From contig CBFFRQ010000067.1 in NCBI GenBank assembly GCA_965644315.1, positions 496,001-560,000 on the forward strand: DNA of 64,000 nt. Direction: 5' to 3'. The position numbers and the translations under genes are program-made. Source of the DNA: Caecitellus pseudoparvulus. Taxonomy: Eukaryota > Protista > Bigyra: Bicosoecida. Shown here piece by piece: positions 34,986 through 47,176 of this stretch (its first letter is position 1; each line of letters opens with the position of its first letter). The notes beneath the pieces are model-generated. The model worked only from the letters and a program-made list of their open reading frames with translations, was not told the origin of the DNA and searched no databases.

Positions 34986-37068
34986 ATGGTGAAGCGTGTT
35001 GGCAAGTATGAAATCGGGCGCACCCTGGGTGAGGGCACCTTTGGCAAGGTGAGAGGCGCTCCCCAGCGGCAGATGAGCGTCCTTCGAAGAACCGGGTGTC
35101 CGCAGCGTTTCGCTGTCTGCACTCACTGTCACCAGTCCGCAGCAGCACTGCCGGTTCCGCGGCGCTGGGCGCCCACATCATGCATTTTCCCCATGTTCTT
35201 GCCCCCTTTATGCTGCAGGTCAAGTATGCCGTGAACACGGAGACTGGCGAGCGAGTGCGTGCTCTGCAGCGAAGTGTTGCAGCTCGGGCACGGCGGGCAT
35301 GCACGGTTCCCACGCCTCCCTGCAGGTGGCCATCAAGATCCTGGACAAGGAGAAGATCCAACGCCAAAACATGGGCGCCCAAATCAAGAAGGAGGTGCGT
35401 GCTCGCCTGTGGCAGCCTTGGCCGCCACCTGCAGCCCCGCTCGCACAGCATCGCCACCACGCTTCCCGCAACCTTTGGGCGCAGATCTCCATCATGAAGA
35501 TGGTCAAGCACGACAACGTCGTGAGCCTGTACGAGGTGCTGGCATCTCGTACCAAGGTGGGTCATTTGCCTGTCTTCTGCCAGGGTTGGGGCGCTGTGCT
35601 CCCCGGCTTGCTACCGCTGGTGCTCGGCACAGGCACACCGCAACACAGCCTGGGCCGCCCCCCATCACAACGTGGCCCGCTCTCGTGCAGATCTTCATCG
35701 TCCTGGAGCTCATCACGGGCGGGGAGCTCTTTGACAAGATCGTCTCAGAGGGCCGGTGCGTGGTGCCGTCTCAAGCGCACCCTGGCCTTGTCGGGGGTGC
35801 TGCACCTGCGTCAACTTGCCGCTTCCGCCCCTGCCCAGTTTCAATGAGGAGATGGCCCGGTACTACTTCCGCCAGCTCATCAAGGGAGTATCATACTGCC
35901 ATTCCCAGGGTGTTTGCCACCGTGACCTGAAGCCAGGTGCGTGGGGGAGCTGACAGGCGCTGAGGACCGCAGCACTCCACCACCCACCACTCCCGCACTC
36001 TGCAGAGAACCTCCTGCTGGACGAGAAGAGCAGCCTGAAGATCTCAGACTTTGGCCTGTCTGCCCTGTACGGCGGGGAGGCCTCTGATGACCGGTGCGTG
36101 GGGCTGGCACACTGTGCTTGAGCGTGGCGCGTCAAGTGACCCTGCCGCGTTTCCACAGCATGACGCTGCTGCACACGACCTGCGGCACGCCCAACTACGT
36201 GGCACCGGAGGTGCTGTCTGACAAGGGCTACGACGGCCGAGCCGCCGACATCTGGTCCTGTGGTGTCATTCTCTACGTGCTGCTGGCAGGCTTCCTGCCT
36301 TTCGACGAGCCTCACATGTCGGCTCTCTTCCGCAAGATCCAGAAGGCAGACTTCACATACCCCTCCTGGTTCACCGCCGAGGTGCGCGGGCTGCTGGATC
36401 AGATCCTGGTCCCGGACCCCGCCAAGCGCCTGACGCTGGATGGAGTGATGAGTCACTCCTGGTTCGCAGCCGGTGAGGCGAGCCCAGGGGCCGCCCCCGC
36501 CGAGGGCACAGCATCTGCCGCCGCTGCCGCGGAAGGCACCCTGGTGCCCACTCCTAGCAAGCAGCAGATGGAGGCAGCCGTGTCAGAGGGCGTGGATGAG
36601 AGTGCAGCGGCAGAAGCCGCTGCTGCGGACGATGAGCCCAAGGTTGGCGGGCGGAACTTGGCTGAGCTGCTGAGCACCAAGGGTGGCCCAGGCAGCCGCA
36701 AGGCCTTCGTGACGACAAAGAGCATCGCAGAGGCGGTGGAGGCGATAGCCAAGCTGCTGGCTGAGACGGGCGCCACGGTGGAGAAGGGCGAGGGCACCGT
36801 CACAGGGGCCTTCTTCCAGAACGAGGGGGGGGAGGCAAGCGAGGGAGCGGCACCCCTGCCGGCTCTGGGCGAGGTGAAGTTCCAGGTGCTGGTGCACGAG
36901 ATCAGCGAGGGCGTGCGCATGGCGGAGGTGTCCAAGGTCAAGGGCGACTCCCTGGCCTTCCACAACTTCTTCTTGAAGGTGGCGCCGGAGATGGAGAAGT
37001 CTGTGGAGGACTTGGTGCCTGAGGAGGTGGTGGCGGAGGCTCGCGCACGCGGCGCCGGCACTGCCTGA
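34986..37068 (+). CDS. CBL-interacting (CIPK/SnRK3)-like Ser/Thr kinase (7 introns)
   Basis: [82 protein letters not shown]; C-terminal KA1/CIPK_C-like segment ([31 protein letters not shown]). Confidence 0.87.
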
Positions 37069-37266
37069 GCACACAGCACCACAGCAGGCCAGGGGGGAGT
37101 GGGGAGGCCATGCGTAGTAAGCTCACTCAATGTACGTTGACTCTTTGGCGCGCGGGACGCGGTGCGGTGCGGTGCTGTGCCGGCAGCACTGGTGGCACAG
37201 CAGAGCACAGCACATTTCAGCTGCCAGGCCACAACTGCCACTTGAGCACCCACACCCACGCACAGC

Positions 37267-39222
37267 ATGAAGCTGTGCAACAGTAGCTTGTATGCGCTCT
37301 GTTTAAGTGCCCTTCACGGTGCCCCCTCGCCTCCAAACGCAAGCAGAGGGCTCCGGCGTGTTGCACGTGCTTCGCGTGGCCGGGACAGAAACGCAAGCTT
37401 GACGGCGCGGAGCAATTGCGTCCCGTGCCCAGTACCGGAAGCAGGACAGGCAAGAAGGGCATACTCGACTTCACCATGGCTGAAGGCTGCTCCCTGTGCG
37501 TGGAAGCCTGCGCAAAGTGCGCTGCGGCTCACCCGCCCTGCCTTCCCTGCGGCAATGCTGGCGCGGCTGGCAGCAACGCTGGCCTGCTCGGCGCGCTCCC
37601 CACCAGGCCCTGCACAGCGCCCCGCCCCCCACCGCCACACAGGCCCCCACCCCCCCCGGAATTCTGCAAGCTTTCCATGCAGTCCATGGTGCGGGACGCC
37701 GCCCAGGCCAAGGCGGAGGCAGCCCGGCGGTGTGGGCCGACCCCCCTCCCCTTTGACCTGGCGCCTGACGGCCAGCCCAGCACCATCCTGCGGCAGAACG
37801 CCAGCCACCTGCCCGACCCAGACTTCCCCTGTCAGCCGGCAGTCATGGTGCCCATCACAGGCACGGGGCCGGGGACAGGGCGTGCCAAGGCCCAGGTGCG
37901 GGTGTGCCTTCCCTGTGCTCTGCAGCCAGCAGAGGTGCCTGAGTGGGACGCCGCCGCGGCAGACGTGCTGGCTGCCAAGGACGAGCAGGAGAAGGCTGCT
38001 GCCGCTGCAGCTCTGTACGCCCGAGCGTCGGTGTTGGTGGTGCACGACGTGGTGCACTCCCTCGTGCTGCGGCGTACGAAGGAGAGTGGGCCCACGCCCA
38101 CAGGGCACAATGTGTCCAGGGTGGTCATCGTCCCTGTCGGTGCGTGAATGTGCAGCCCGTGCAGCGCTTGTATCCTCGCGCACACGCCCCCCCCCCTCGC
38201 TCTCTTTCGCAGTGTACTCGCTGCTGTACACGGTCGCCTCAGGGCCGAGCAAGGGCAAGACGGCTGTGGTGCAGCGCAACGTCATCTTGCGGGAGGAGGG
38301 CGGCAAGCCCCTGGACCACAAGAGCTGTCTGCGGGACGAAGACATCATCCGGAACACGAAGAGTGCCATGAACACGGCACACCTCCCGCCGGGCGTGCTG
38401 TTACTGCTGGTGTCACTGTCCCACCTCCCCCTCTCCTCTGACGTGAACCAGCAGCGGCAACGCCTGCTCATCACTCTGCAGGGACCTCAGGGGACACTTC
38501 CTGTGCAAATGTTGCTGCCCCCCATGTGTGTCGTGAAACAAGGCTGCAAGCGCATTGTCGGCACGGCCGGCGCGAGCAAGCTGGGCAAGGAGGTGCCCAC
38601 CTCGCCTCGAATGCGGCTGCCAGGGGGCCCCAGCGAACGGGAGCATCAGTGCGGCATCACACACGCCGTGCAGCGCACCGTGCAAGCGGGGGGCTGGGCG
38701 TCTGCCCTTCCTGCGCCACACCTTAGCCCCCTGCACCCGCCCAAGGTGCTGCAGAGTGCGCCAGCGGCCCCCTCACACCCCCCTCAGCCGCCGGTGCTCA
38801 GTCCTGGGCAAAGTCGCCGGGGGCCTTCCATGGCACCCCCCCCCTCTCGAGCCCCCCTTCACACCCCTCCCGTGGCCCACATGCGCCAAGGCAGTCCAGG
38901 CTTCGCTGCTGCCTTGCCAGGTGCAGCCAGCAGCGGCCCTTCCAGCCGCCTCACGGCAGCAGATGCGTTGCTGTGTCTGGCGTCGACCGGGCAGGGCTCG
39001 CCTGCGACACCTGGCATGATGGATGCGGCGTCGCCACGGTCCTTGCCCAGTCGTGGACATGGCGTGGCTGGTGCCGCCGGCTGGCAGGGCATGGCGAGCG
39101 GCAGCCCCCACATACGCCTGGGAGGCGTGAAACGCAGCAGGGCAGTGCCTCCGGGGTGGCATCCACACGCTGCATGGGCAGAGCAGGCGGGTGCTGCGAG
39201 GCACTTGGCTCACGCGCAGTGA
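37267..39222 (+). CDS. Hypothetical protein with Cys-rich N-terminus and a beta-rich domain (possible transcription factor; 2 introns)
   Basis: Proposed model: short exon MKLCNSSF + ORF 37416-38139 + ORF from about 38213, joined by GTATGC...CCCAG and GTGCGT...TCGCAG introns; Pro/Ser-rich tail. Confidence 0.55.
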   Translation: MKLCNSSLYALCLSALHGAPSPPNASRGLRRVARASRGRDRNASLTARSNCVPCPVPEAGQARRAYSTSPWLKAAPCAWKPAQSALRLTRPAFPAAMLARLAATLACSARSPPGPAQRPAPHRHTGPHPPRNSASFPCSPWCGTPPRPRRRQPGGVGRPPSPLTWRLTASPAPSCGRTPATCPTQTSPVSRQSWCPSQARGRGQGVPRPRCGCAFPVLCSQQRCLSGTPPRQTCWLPRTSRRRLLPLQLCTPERRCWWCTTWCTPSCCGVRRRVGPRPQGTMCPGWSSSLSVRECAARAALVSSRTRPPPSLSFAVYSLLYTVASGPSKGKTAVVQRNVILREEGGKPLDHKSCLRDEDIIRNTKSAMNTAHLPPGVLLLLVSLSHLPLSSDVNQQRQRLLITLQGPQGTLPVQMLLPPMCVVKQGCKRIVGTAGASKLGKEVPTSPRMRLPGGPSEREHQCGITHAVQRTVQAGGWASALPAPHLSPLHPPKVLQSAPAAPSHPPQPPVLSPGQSRRGPSMAPPPSRAPLHTPPVAHMRQGSPGFAAALPGAASSGPSSRLTAADALLCLASTGQGSPATPGMMDAASPRSLPSRGHGVAGAAGWQGMASGSPHIRLGGVKRSRAVPPGWHPHAAWAEQAGAARHLAHAQ

Positions 39223-39668
39223 GAAGCGTCTGTGCGGCCAGGCAGCGCCCCACCCCTGCGGTGTGGTTTGAGGCGCGGAATGTATGCGATGGGAGAGGCC
39301 TTTGGAGCTCATGTGTGATTCGTATCGCCAGGAATGCTGCAGGCAGTCAGCTCCCAGCGTTGACTCAGTGGCTGCCCCGCCTGACTGACGTGGAGGGCGC
39401 TTGCCCAACCGGCCAGCCAGTCATGCCCGGCCAGCAAGCCCCTGCGATGGAGAGGCACAATCAAGGTGCTGATTTCCGAAGGGGGGCTGTCTGGTGGCGC
39501 GCGAGGGCGCCCCAGCCATGCGCTTGACTGGCGTGTTGGAGGGCGTTGACGGGGCGGCTGGAAACCCCGCACACCAGCGGGAGATCTGCCACTTTCAAAC
39601 ACCCAACCAGTCCTCACCACGCCGCCATCCCTGGCCTGTGTTTTGTAGCACGCCGTGTGAAATCCACC

Positions 39669-42184
39669 ATGCTGTCTGCTGCCCGCGCCACCGCGCAGGC
39701 AGCCCGGCGGGCTGTCCTGCCTCTGCAGGTGCGTGTTTCGAGGGCGCGCTGCCACGCACGCATGCATTGCACCTGACCTCCTGCTCCCTACAGGCTGCTC
39801 GCGGCATCGCCTCTTCGGCTGCTCGTGGCCAGCAGATCTCTGGTGATGTCATCGGCATCGACCTGGGCACGACCAACTCTTGCGTCGCCATCATGGAGGT
39901 GTGTTCCCTTGCCTGCGGAACATGGCGCGTGTCACGCGGCGGGCGGCCCCGCCAGGCCAGCTTGCCAGCGCAAGCAGTGCCCCACGCGCCCCTCTCGCTG
40001 CTGCGCAGGGCAAGACCGCACGTGTCATTGAGAACAGCGAGGGTGCCCGCACGACGCCTTCTGTCGTGGCCTTCACCAAGGACGGGGACCGACTGGTCGG
40101 TCAGCCAGCACGCCGACAGGTGAGGCAGGCGCTGCAGACACGCCGCTGCCCTGCCCTGCACGCTGCTTCCCACCCGCCGGTGTGCAGGCCGTGACGAACC
40201 CCACAAACACACTGTTTGCCGTGAAGCGCCTCGTCGGGCGTCAGTTCTCGGATGCTGAGGTGCAGAAGACGCTGTCCATGGTGAGGCAGGCTCGCTCCGG
40301 CGCCCCGTTCTCCGTCCCTGCTTCACTCCTCGCCGCTCGCTCCTGACAGGTGCCCTACAAGATCATCAAGGCAGACAGTGGTGATGCTTGGGTTGAGGCT
40401 GGTGTGCGTGCATGCGTGTTTGGCGTGGAATGTTCTGGGCGTTGCGCTGGCGTTTCACGCGCCGCCGCCCCCTGCTCGCACCTGCTGCATTCCCGTGCCC
40501 GACCTGCCCTCCACGTCACAGGGCCAGAAGCTGTCGCCTTCTCAAGTGGCTTCCTTCGTCCTGACCAAGATGAAGGAGACTGCAGGTGCGTGGCGCGCCG
40601 AGCTGTCAGGGCTTGCTGTGCGACGCGTATTGCACTCTGCCCGCGCTGATGCCTGCCTGCTCAGAGTCCTTCCTGGGGCGCGACGTGAAGCACGCTGTGG
40701 TCACCGTGCCCGCCTACTTCAACGACAGCCAGCGCCAGGCCACCAAGGACGCCGGCACCATCGCCGGCCTCGTCGTGGAGCGCATCCTGAACGAGCCCAC
40801 TGCTGCCGCGCTGGCGTACGGCATGGACAAGGCCGACAAGGTCGTCGTCGTGTACGACCTGGGCGGCGGCACCTTCGACGTGTCCATCCTGGAGATCTCC
40901 GGGGGCGTCTTCGAGGTGAAGGCCACCAACGGTGACACCATGCTGGGCGGGGAGGACTTCGACAACACCCTGTGTGACTACGTCCTGGACCAGTTCAAGA
41001 AGGAGTCCGGCATTGACCTGCGCGGGGACCAGCTGGCCATGCAGCGCGTGCGCGAGGCCTCCGAGAAGGCCAAGAAGGAGCTGGACGGTCTGAAGGAGAC
41101 GGAGATCAACCTGCCCTTCATCACCGCCGACGCAGAGGGTGCCAAGCACTTGCTGCTGACCATCTCCCAGGCCAAGTACGAGGCCATGGTGGCGCCCCTC
41201 CTGGAGCGCACCATGGAGCCCTGCAAGAAGTGCCTCAAGGACGCCGGCCTGACGACGTCCGAGGTGGACGAGGTGTTGCTGGTGGGCGGCATGAGCCGCA
41301 TGCCCAAGGTCGCCTCCGTCGTGCAGGAGCAGTTCGGCAAGGCGCCCTCCAAGGGCGTGAACCCCGACGAGGTCGTGGCCATGGGCGCCGCCATCCAGGC
41401 CGGCGTGCTCAAGGGCGACGTGAAGGACATCCTGCTGCTGGATGTGACGCCCCTGTCCCTGGGCATTGAGACGCTGGGCGGCGTCTTCACCCGCCTCATC
41501 CCCCGCAACACCACCATCCCCACCAAGAAGTCCCAGACCTTCTCCACCGCCGCTGACAACCAGACGCAGGTGGGCATCAAGGTCCTGCAGGGTGAGCGCG
41601 AGATGGCGGCGGACAACAAGATGCTGGGCACCTTCGACTTGGTGGGCATTCCCCCCGCCCCCCGCGGCGTGCCCCAGATCGAAGTCACCTTCGACATTGA
41701 CGCCAACGGCATCGTGAACGTCGGCGCTAAGGACAAGGGCACTGGCAAGGAGCAGAGCATTGTCGTGCAGTCCTCTGGCGGCTTGAGCGAGGCGGAGATC
41801 GAGGCCATGGTGAAGCAGGCCGAGGCCAACGCAGGTGCCGACAAGGCGCGCAAGGACTTCATTGAGGCGAAGAACGAGGCTGACTCCCTGGCCTACAGCA
41901 CCGAGAAGTCCCTGGCAGAGCACAAGGAGAAGGTGCCCGCCGACGACGTGGCCGCCATCGAGGCCGCCATCTCCGCCGTCAAGGTGGCCATGGAGGGCGC
42001 AGACCTGGAGGACCTCAAGAACAAGACTGCCGAGCTGCAGCAGGCTGCCATGAAGATCGGCCAGGCTGCGTACGGCGGTGCTGCCGCTGGCGGCGCAGGT
42101 GCCGAGGCTGCTGCCGAGCCCAAGGAGGACGAGAACGTCGTGGACGCCGAGTTCACGGAGAAGGAGAAGAAGGAGGACAAGTGA
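39669..42184 (+). CDS. HSPA9: Mitochondrial HSP70 (DnaK-type; 6 introns)
   Basis: Presequence [19 protein letters not shown]; [78 protein letters not shown]; no EEVD terminus. Confidence 0.95.
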
Positions 42185-42230
42185 AGCGGGTCCTGAGTGA
42201 CTGCGCTTGCAATGCAGCTGAATGGGTTGT

Positions 42231-42853
42231 TCACCTCTCAGGGGTGGGGGAGGAGGGCAGCGTCTTCTTGGGAGCGCTGGCCATGGCTGCCTGCTGCTCG
42301 GCAAAGGCGGCCTCCTGTGCCAGGAACCCACGACGGCGCTCGGCACTCTCAGCTAGGGAGTGGCGGTACCGCACCTCTCCATTGGCAGCCTTCAGGGCGT
42401 TGCGCACCAGCACTCCGTCGTTGTAGGCGTTGACGTAGTCAGCCATGGTGCCCGCCGACACCAAGGCAAGCAGGGGTGTGAACTTGGAGGCTCCAGTGAG
42501 CGCTAACCGGCGTGAAAGTGGAATGGCAACAAGAGCACCAATAATAGACCACTGTGCCACGCGTGGGGGATGCGTGCTGCCATGGTGTACGGGGGCATGT
42601 AAGGCCACGGCGAAATCCTGGCCTGCCGATTTCCGCACAGCACACGCACCTTGTAGTATCCGTAGGAAACCTCATTCAGCTGCTCTTGCAGCGCTGCTCG
42701 GTGGGCCTGCAGCTCTTCATCTGTCAGCCTGTCCACTGCCTTGCCCCCATGCGCCACTTCAGCGGGGGTGGACCCCCACCAACGCTGCAAGTCCAGCATC
42801 CTGAGCAGTGTTGCTGTGTCTTGCGAGAGGGCAGGCAGTAGAGCGCCAGCCAT
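42231..42853 (-). CDS. Small hypothetical membrane protein (1 intron)
   Basis: Exon ...[13 protein letters not shown] |GTGCGT...GCACAG| [12 protein letters not shown]...[16 protein letters not shown]; two hydrophobic segments. The start could be the second Met. Confidence 0.6.
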
Positions 42854-42930
42854 GAGGTAGGTTCAGTGTAAAGACCGCTGCATTTTGCAGCAGGTGCTGC
42901 AGACCCCCCCCCAGCAGGACAGTGCATTGC

Positions 42931-45731
42931 TCACCCACGCAGGCCGCGTGCAACAGGGAAGGAGGCATCGCTCCCGCCGCCACTGTGGTGACCCCGCCGA
43001 GCTGACGCCGGGCGCCCACCCTTTCGCCGCCCCCCCGACGCCGCGCCACCCGCTCCTCGTGCGGCAAGGGCCGCCTCCTCCTCCTCCTCACCCATCAGGG
43101 GGATGCGAGCGTGGGCGTCTGGGCCCCGGTAGTCTTCAGTCGTGCGGTCCACGACGTCCAGCTCGAAACGCACGATGTTCTCCACGCGGTACCGAGGGCT
43201 GAAGTCAAACATAGCACGCTCCTTGGAGAACTCCGACACGGGCATGTGGGAGGGCGGGTCTTCGCCCCCCGACACGTTGGGGCGGCGTGGGCGCACGCGG
43301 TTGCCGGCCAGCGGCAGGTGTGGCAGGTGCCACGTGTCAGTGCTGTCGTCCCACACAGCGCGTGCTTCCAACTGCGAGCGAGGAGGGGGCGGAGCGGCGT
43401 GCGTCAGGCTGCGGCGCAGGCAGGGTGGGGCGGGGCACGCACGCGTTCGACGTCTGCCGGCGGGACGAACGCCCGGAGGAGCGTGTTCAGCAGGTTCTTC
43501 TCTTTCTCCAGCTCGCGCACGAGCTCCAGCATGTCCTGCTTCTCCGCCTGGTGCTCCTCCGCCGCCTCCTTCAGCTCCCGCTTCGTCTCCTTGTACTTGC
43601 TGATGGCCTTGCGCAGCTTGCGCGTCTTGTCCTCAATCTCCGCCTGCACGCTCCCGTAGTGCTCCTGCATCTCCAGCTCCCGCTCAGCCAGCTCCTGTGC
43701 CATGCTGGCCTCCTGCTTGCGCCGCTCCTCAATTTCCAGCTTGGCTGCGCGCAGCTCCGCCTCCTGCTGCGCAGCCCGGTCGATGATCTTGCCGCCCTGC
43801 AGCACCCGCTCCTGCATCTTGGCCAGCTGCCGCTCCATGAGCTCCCGCTGAGCAGCCTGCTCCTGGGCAGCCTTGGCCGCCTCCTCCAACTGCTTGGCCA
43901 GGGCCCGCTTCTGCTCCTCGGTCTGTGCAGCCTCCTCCGCGATTTTAGCTCGTGCCTCTGCCGCAGCCTTGGCCTCGGCCTCTGCCCGGGCCTGCTGCTC
44001 TCGCAGCGCCGCTGCCTCCTCCTCCGAGATGCCCACGATCTTTTCGATGATTTGGGGCTTGCCACTGCCGCCGACAGGCACCTGGATCTCCTTGCCATCC
44101 ACAGTCACGGTGGTGGTGCCGCCGCCACCCTCCCGGTCAGCCAGCATGGCTTTCAAGCGCTCGATCTCATCCTGGAACTCACGCAGCATGGCATCCTTGG
44201 GGTCCTCATTAATGCGGGGCTTGTTCTTGATCTGCTTGGCACGGTCGGCGTACCGCAGCGTGCTCATGCTCTCGTCGTAGTTGTAGTCAGCAGGGCCGAC
44301 ACACGCCACCATCATGGTTTTCGTGTTGCCGCCCAGGCTGTCCTGCAGCAGGCGCGTGAGCTTGGAGTCACGGTAGGGGATGTGCTTGGTCTTTGAGTCC
44401 ACGAGGGCGCCGATGACGTTGCCCAGTGCCGACAGGGACAGGTTGATCTTGGTGGCCTCCTTCAGCCGCTCGCCCGTGGCGCCGGTCTTGCTCTGCCGCT
44501 CCGACCCCGCCAGATCCACCAGGTTCAGCTTGCCCACCTTGATGTGGCCCTTGCCGTCCATGCCCTCTGAAGCCGTCTCCACGGTGATGGTGAAGATGGA
44601 GTGGGAGCGGGAGGACGTCGCGTTCATGAGCGTGGCGCCCGTGTGCCGGGACTTCTTGCCGCGCTGCAGCACTGCATCCATCTCAGCGGCGCTCTTGACC
44701 ACCTGTGTCGTCAGGTCCTTCACGTAAACACCCCGGTCGGTGCTGTCCTTCAGCTGCTTCTTGGCGTCCACGTCCTTGCCCAGCAAGTCGTGGATTTCTT
44801 CGTTGTAAATCTCGATGTAGCTGCAGCGCACCAAGAACTGCTTGCTGGGGTCTTGGTTGGCGTTGATGGTGTCGAAGATGTGCTTGAAGGCGTTAGGCAT
44901 GATGCCGCGCTCCGAAGCAGGCTCCATCTTCCCCTCCATGCTGTGCGTCTTGCCGGCCCCTGTCTGCCCATACGCGAAGATGGTGCCATTGAAACCCTCC
45001 AGAACGGAGTCTGTGTGGCAAGCGTGCAACGCAAAACGTGCCAATGCACCGCCCACAGCGGTCAAGGGGACCAGCCAGCGCACACCCATCACTTGCTACG
45101 CACCAACGATGGGGGACGCTGAGATATCATACATGTCCCGCTGCTTGGTGCTGCACAGGGCAGGCGGGGTGGTTGAGTGCCGGACGGCAGAGTTGGCGTT
45201 GAGCGCAACTCGAGCTCAGCTTACTCGGCTCCGTAACAAGCATCAAATGTGAAGACGCGAGGGGCATCCCCAGGGGCCCCCTTTGGGTTGCGAATGGCCA
45301 CCTGGCCGCGCTCCACGTCACAGGTCACAATCCTGAGCACAACGAGACAGGGGTGTGAGCGTGTAACGCTAGCTGAAACGCCAGTGCACACGCCGGAGCG
45401 CCCTGCCCTCACACTTCGCGCCCTTCAGCCACTTCCTTGCCGAAAATAGGGCGAGTGCGCACCACTACCTGCACACATTCACTGCACGTGGCGTGGGGGC
45501 GCGGGGTTCGAGTGAAGCTGTGGGCGGTTCAGGTCGGCGACGGGGAAATCTCGCAGGGTGCCACCTCGACGCCGCACCTCTTCTTGGAGCTCAAGGCCTT
45601 CGCAGCCTGCGAATCGGAGGCGACAAGGGCGTGCTAAGTGCACGCAGCCTCGGGTCTGGGCAGTCAACGCCGCGTGGAGGCTCGCTGCATGCGCGCAGAC
45701 TCACCTTTTTCGCCTTCTGCACCGTGGACAT
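42931..45731 (-). CDS. Kinesin-2 motor subunit (KIF3B/FLA8-like; about 6 introns incl. a 29-nt micro-exon at 45578-45606)
   Basis: [93 protein letters not shown]; tail PRY..ENI...ELD...RTTEDY typical of KIF3B. Confidence 0.9.
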
Positions 45732-45923
45732 GGCTGCAGCCATGGCTGGCGCTCTCTCGTCGCCTGCCCGTTCACTGCAGTCCCAGCCGGCTCGCGGCCA
45801 GAGCGAGGTTGCACAGTGCGCAGCTGTGTACTATGCACACAGTTCTCCAAAAGAATCACTTTGAAGCGTCGTGGTGCATGAATTTGGCAGCGGTCGTCAG
45901 AGTCACCCAGTCAGCTGTGCACT

Positions 45924-46835
45924 CTACCGCTGCAGCGCCTCCGCGTAGCCTTCAAAGTTCGTGAACACGGGGGGGCGCTTCTCAGTGAGCGCCGCCAGGC
46001 CCTCCACCATGTCTGAGCTGGCGTAGCACTGCGCCTGGGCGTCTGCCTCCCGCCACAGGGCCTGCTCCAGCCCCACCTCCTGCTGGTTGCGCAGGGTGCG
46101 AATGGCGCCCCGCACTGCGACAGGGCTGGCGCTGCTGACAGCAGCTGCCACTTCCACCGCCTTGGGCAGGACAGCGTCTGGCGCGGTGGAGTGCAGCGCC
46201 ATGCCCAGCTTGGCTGCCTGGTCGCCCTTGATCTTGCTGCCGCTCACCAGCATGTGGGAGGCGGCTTCGAAGCCGATCAGGCGGGGCAGGAAGTGGGAAG
46301 AGCCCATGCCAGGGTGCAAGCCCAACTGGGTGAACGTCACGCCCAGCAGGGCCTTCTCACTGACAACCCGGTAGTCACAGGCCAGTGCGAAAGCCAGTCC
46401 GGCACCGATGGCATGTCCGTTCACCGCTGCCACCACAGGCACGGGCAGCTCACGCACAGACAGGAATCGAGCGTAGAACTTGCGCATGATGGCTGCGTTG
46501 CGGCTGGGCGTGTCGGCGCAGCGGTCCCGCAGGAACTGCAGGTCTCCTCCCGCCGAGAAGGCAGAGCCAGCGCCAGTGACGACAATGGCCCGCACGTCCG
46601 CCATGTCATCCTTGATGCGCTTGACAAGGGCGTAGAACTCGTCGCCCATCTCCACGGTCAGTGCGTTCAGCTTGGATGGCGCGTTCAGCGTCACGGTCGC
46701 GATGCCCGTCTCTGCGTCCTTCGCAAACAGCACTTGGGAGCCAGCAGCAGCACTGGTGCAGTGCCGCAGGCCTGGCGCGGCAGGGCACCACGCCAGGCTT
46801 TGCCGTGCCACACTCGCTGCCGCCCGGAGAGCCAT
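45924..46835 (-). CDS. Enoyl-CoA hydratase/isomerase (crotonase family), mitochondrial presequence, intronless
   Basis: TVTLNAPSKLNALT, VVTGAGSAFSAGGDL, PVVAAVNGHAIGAG, LGLHPGMG, EKRPPVF. Confidence 0.9.
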   Translation of the reverse strand: MALRAAASVARQSLAWCPAAPGLRHCTSAAAGSQVLFAKDAETGIATVTLNAPSKLNALTVEMGDEFYALVKRIKDDMADVRAIVVTGAGSAFSAGGDLQFLRDRCADTPSRNAAIMRKFYARFLSVRELPVPVVAAVNGHAIGAGLAFALACDYRVVSEKALLGVTFTQLGLHPGMGSSHFLPRLIGFEAASHMLVSGSKIKGDQAAKLGMALHSTAPDAVLPKAVEVAAAVSSASPVAVRGAIRTLRNQQEVGLEQALWREADAQAQCYASSDMVEGLAALTEKRPPVFTNFEGYAEALQR

Positions 46836-47176
46836 GGTGCCAAAAATTGCCTGCTAATGGGGTACTTCAGCGGCCCACAGGAGTTGGGTGGGGAGTGATG
46901 CGGGGAGTATTGTCGTGTAGTTTGCATGGATTGCTCGGCTGCACACAGGCGCACTTTTCATCAGCCACGAGGAAACAAACTCCGGGCGCCGCGCAGAACA
47001 CCTCGGCAACCGCTTCAGCATGCCAGGCCCACGCACACTGTACGGTTGTTCGCCTGGGCCAGGCACTCTGGGTGCTGGCCTCGAGGTGCAAAGAGCTGCC
47101 GCGCTGACCGAGTGGAGAAATTTCAGGCCGAGTCACAGGGCTCGCTTCCACTGCCTTGCACACCGCCCTCCACACC

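Noticed and set aside
40661-42346. 561-aa antisense ORF over mtHSP70
   Set aside because: Well-known antisense-frame artefact of HSP70 genes.
43287-44396. 369-aa antisense ORF over kinesin
   Set aside because: Leu-rich mirror of Glu/Gln/Lys coiled-coil codons.
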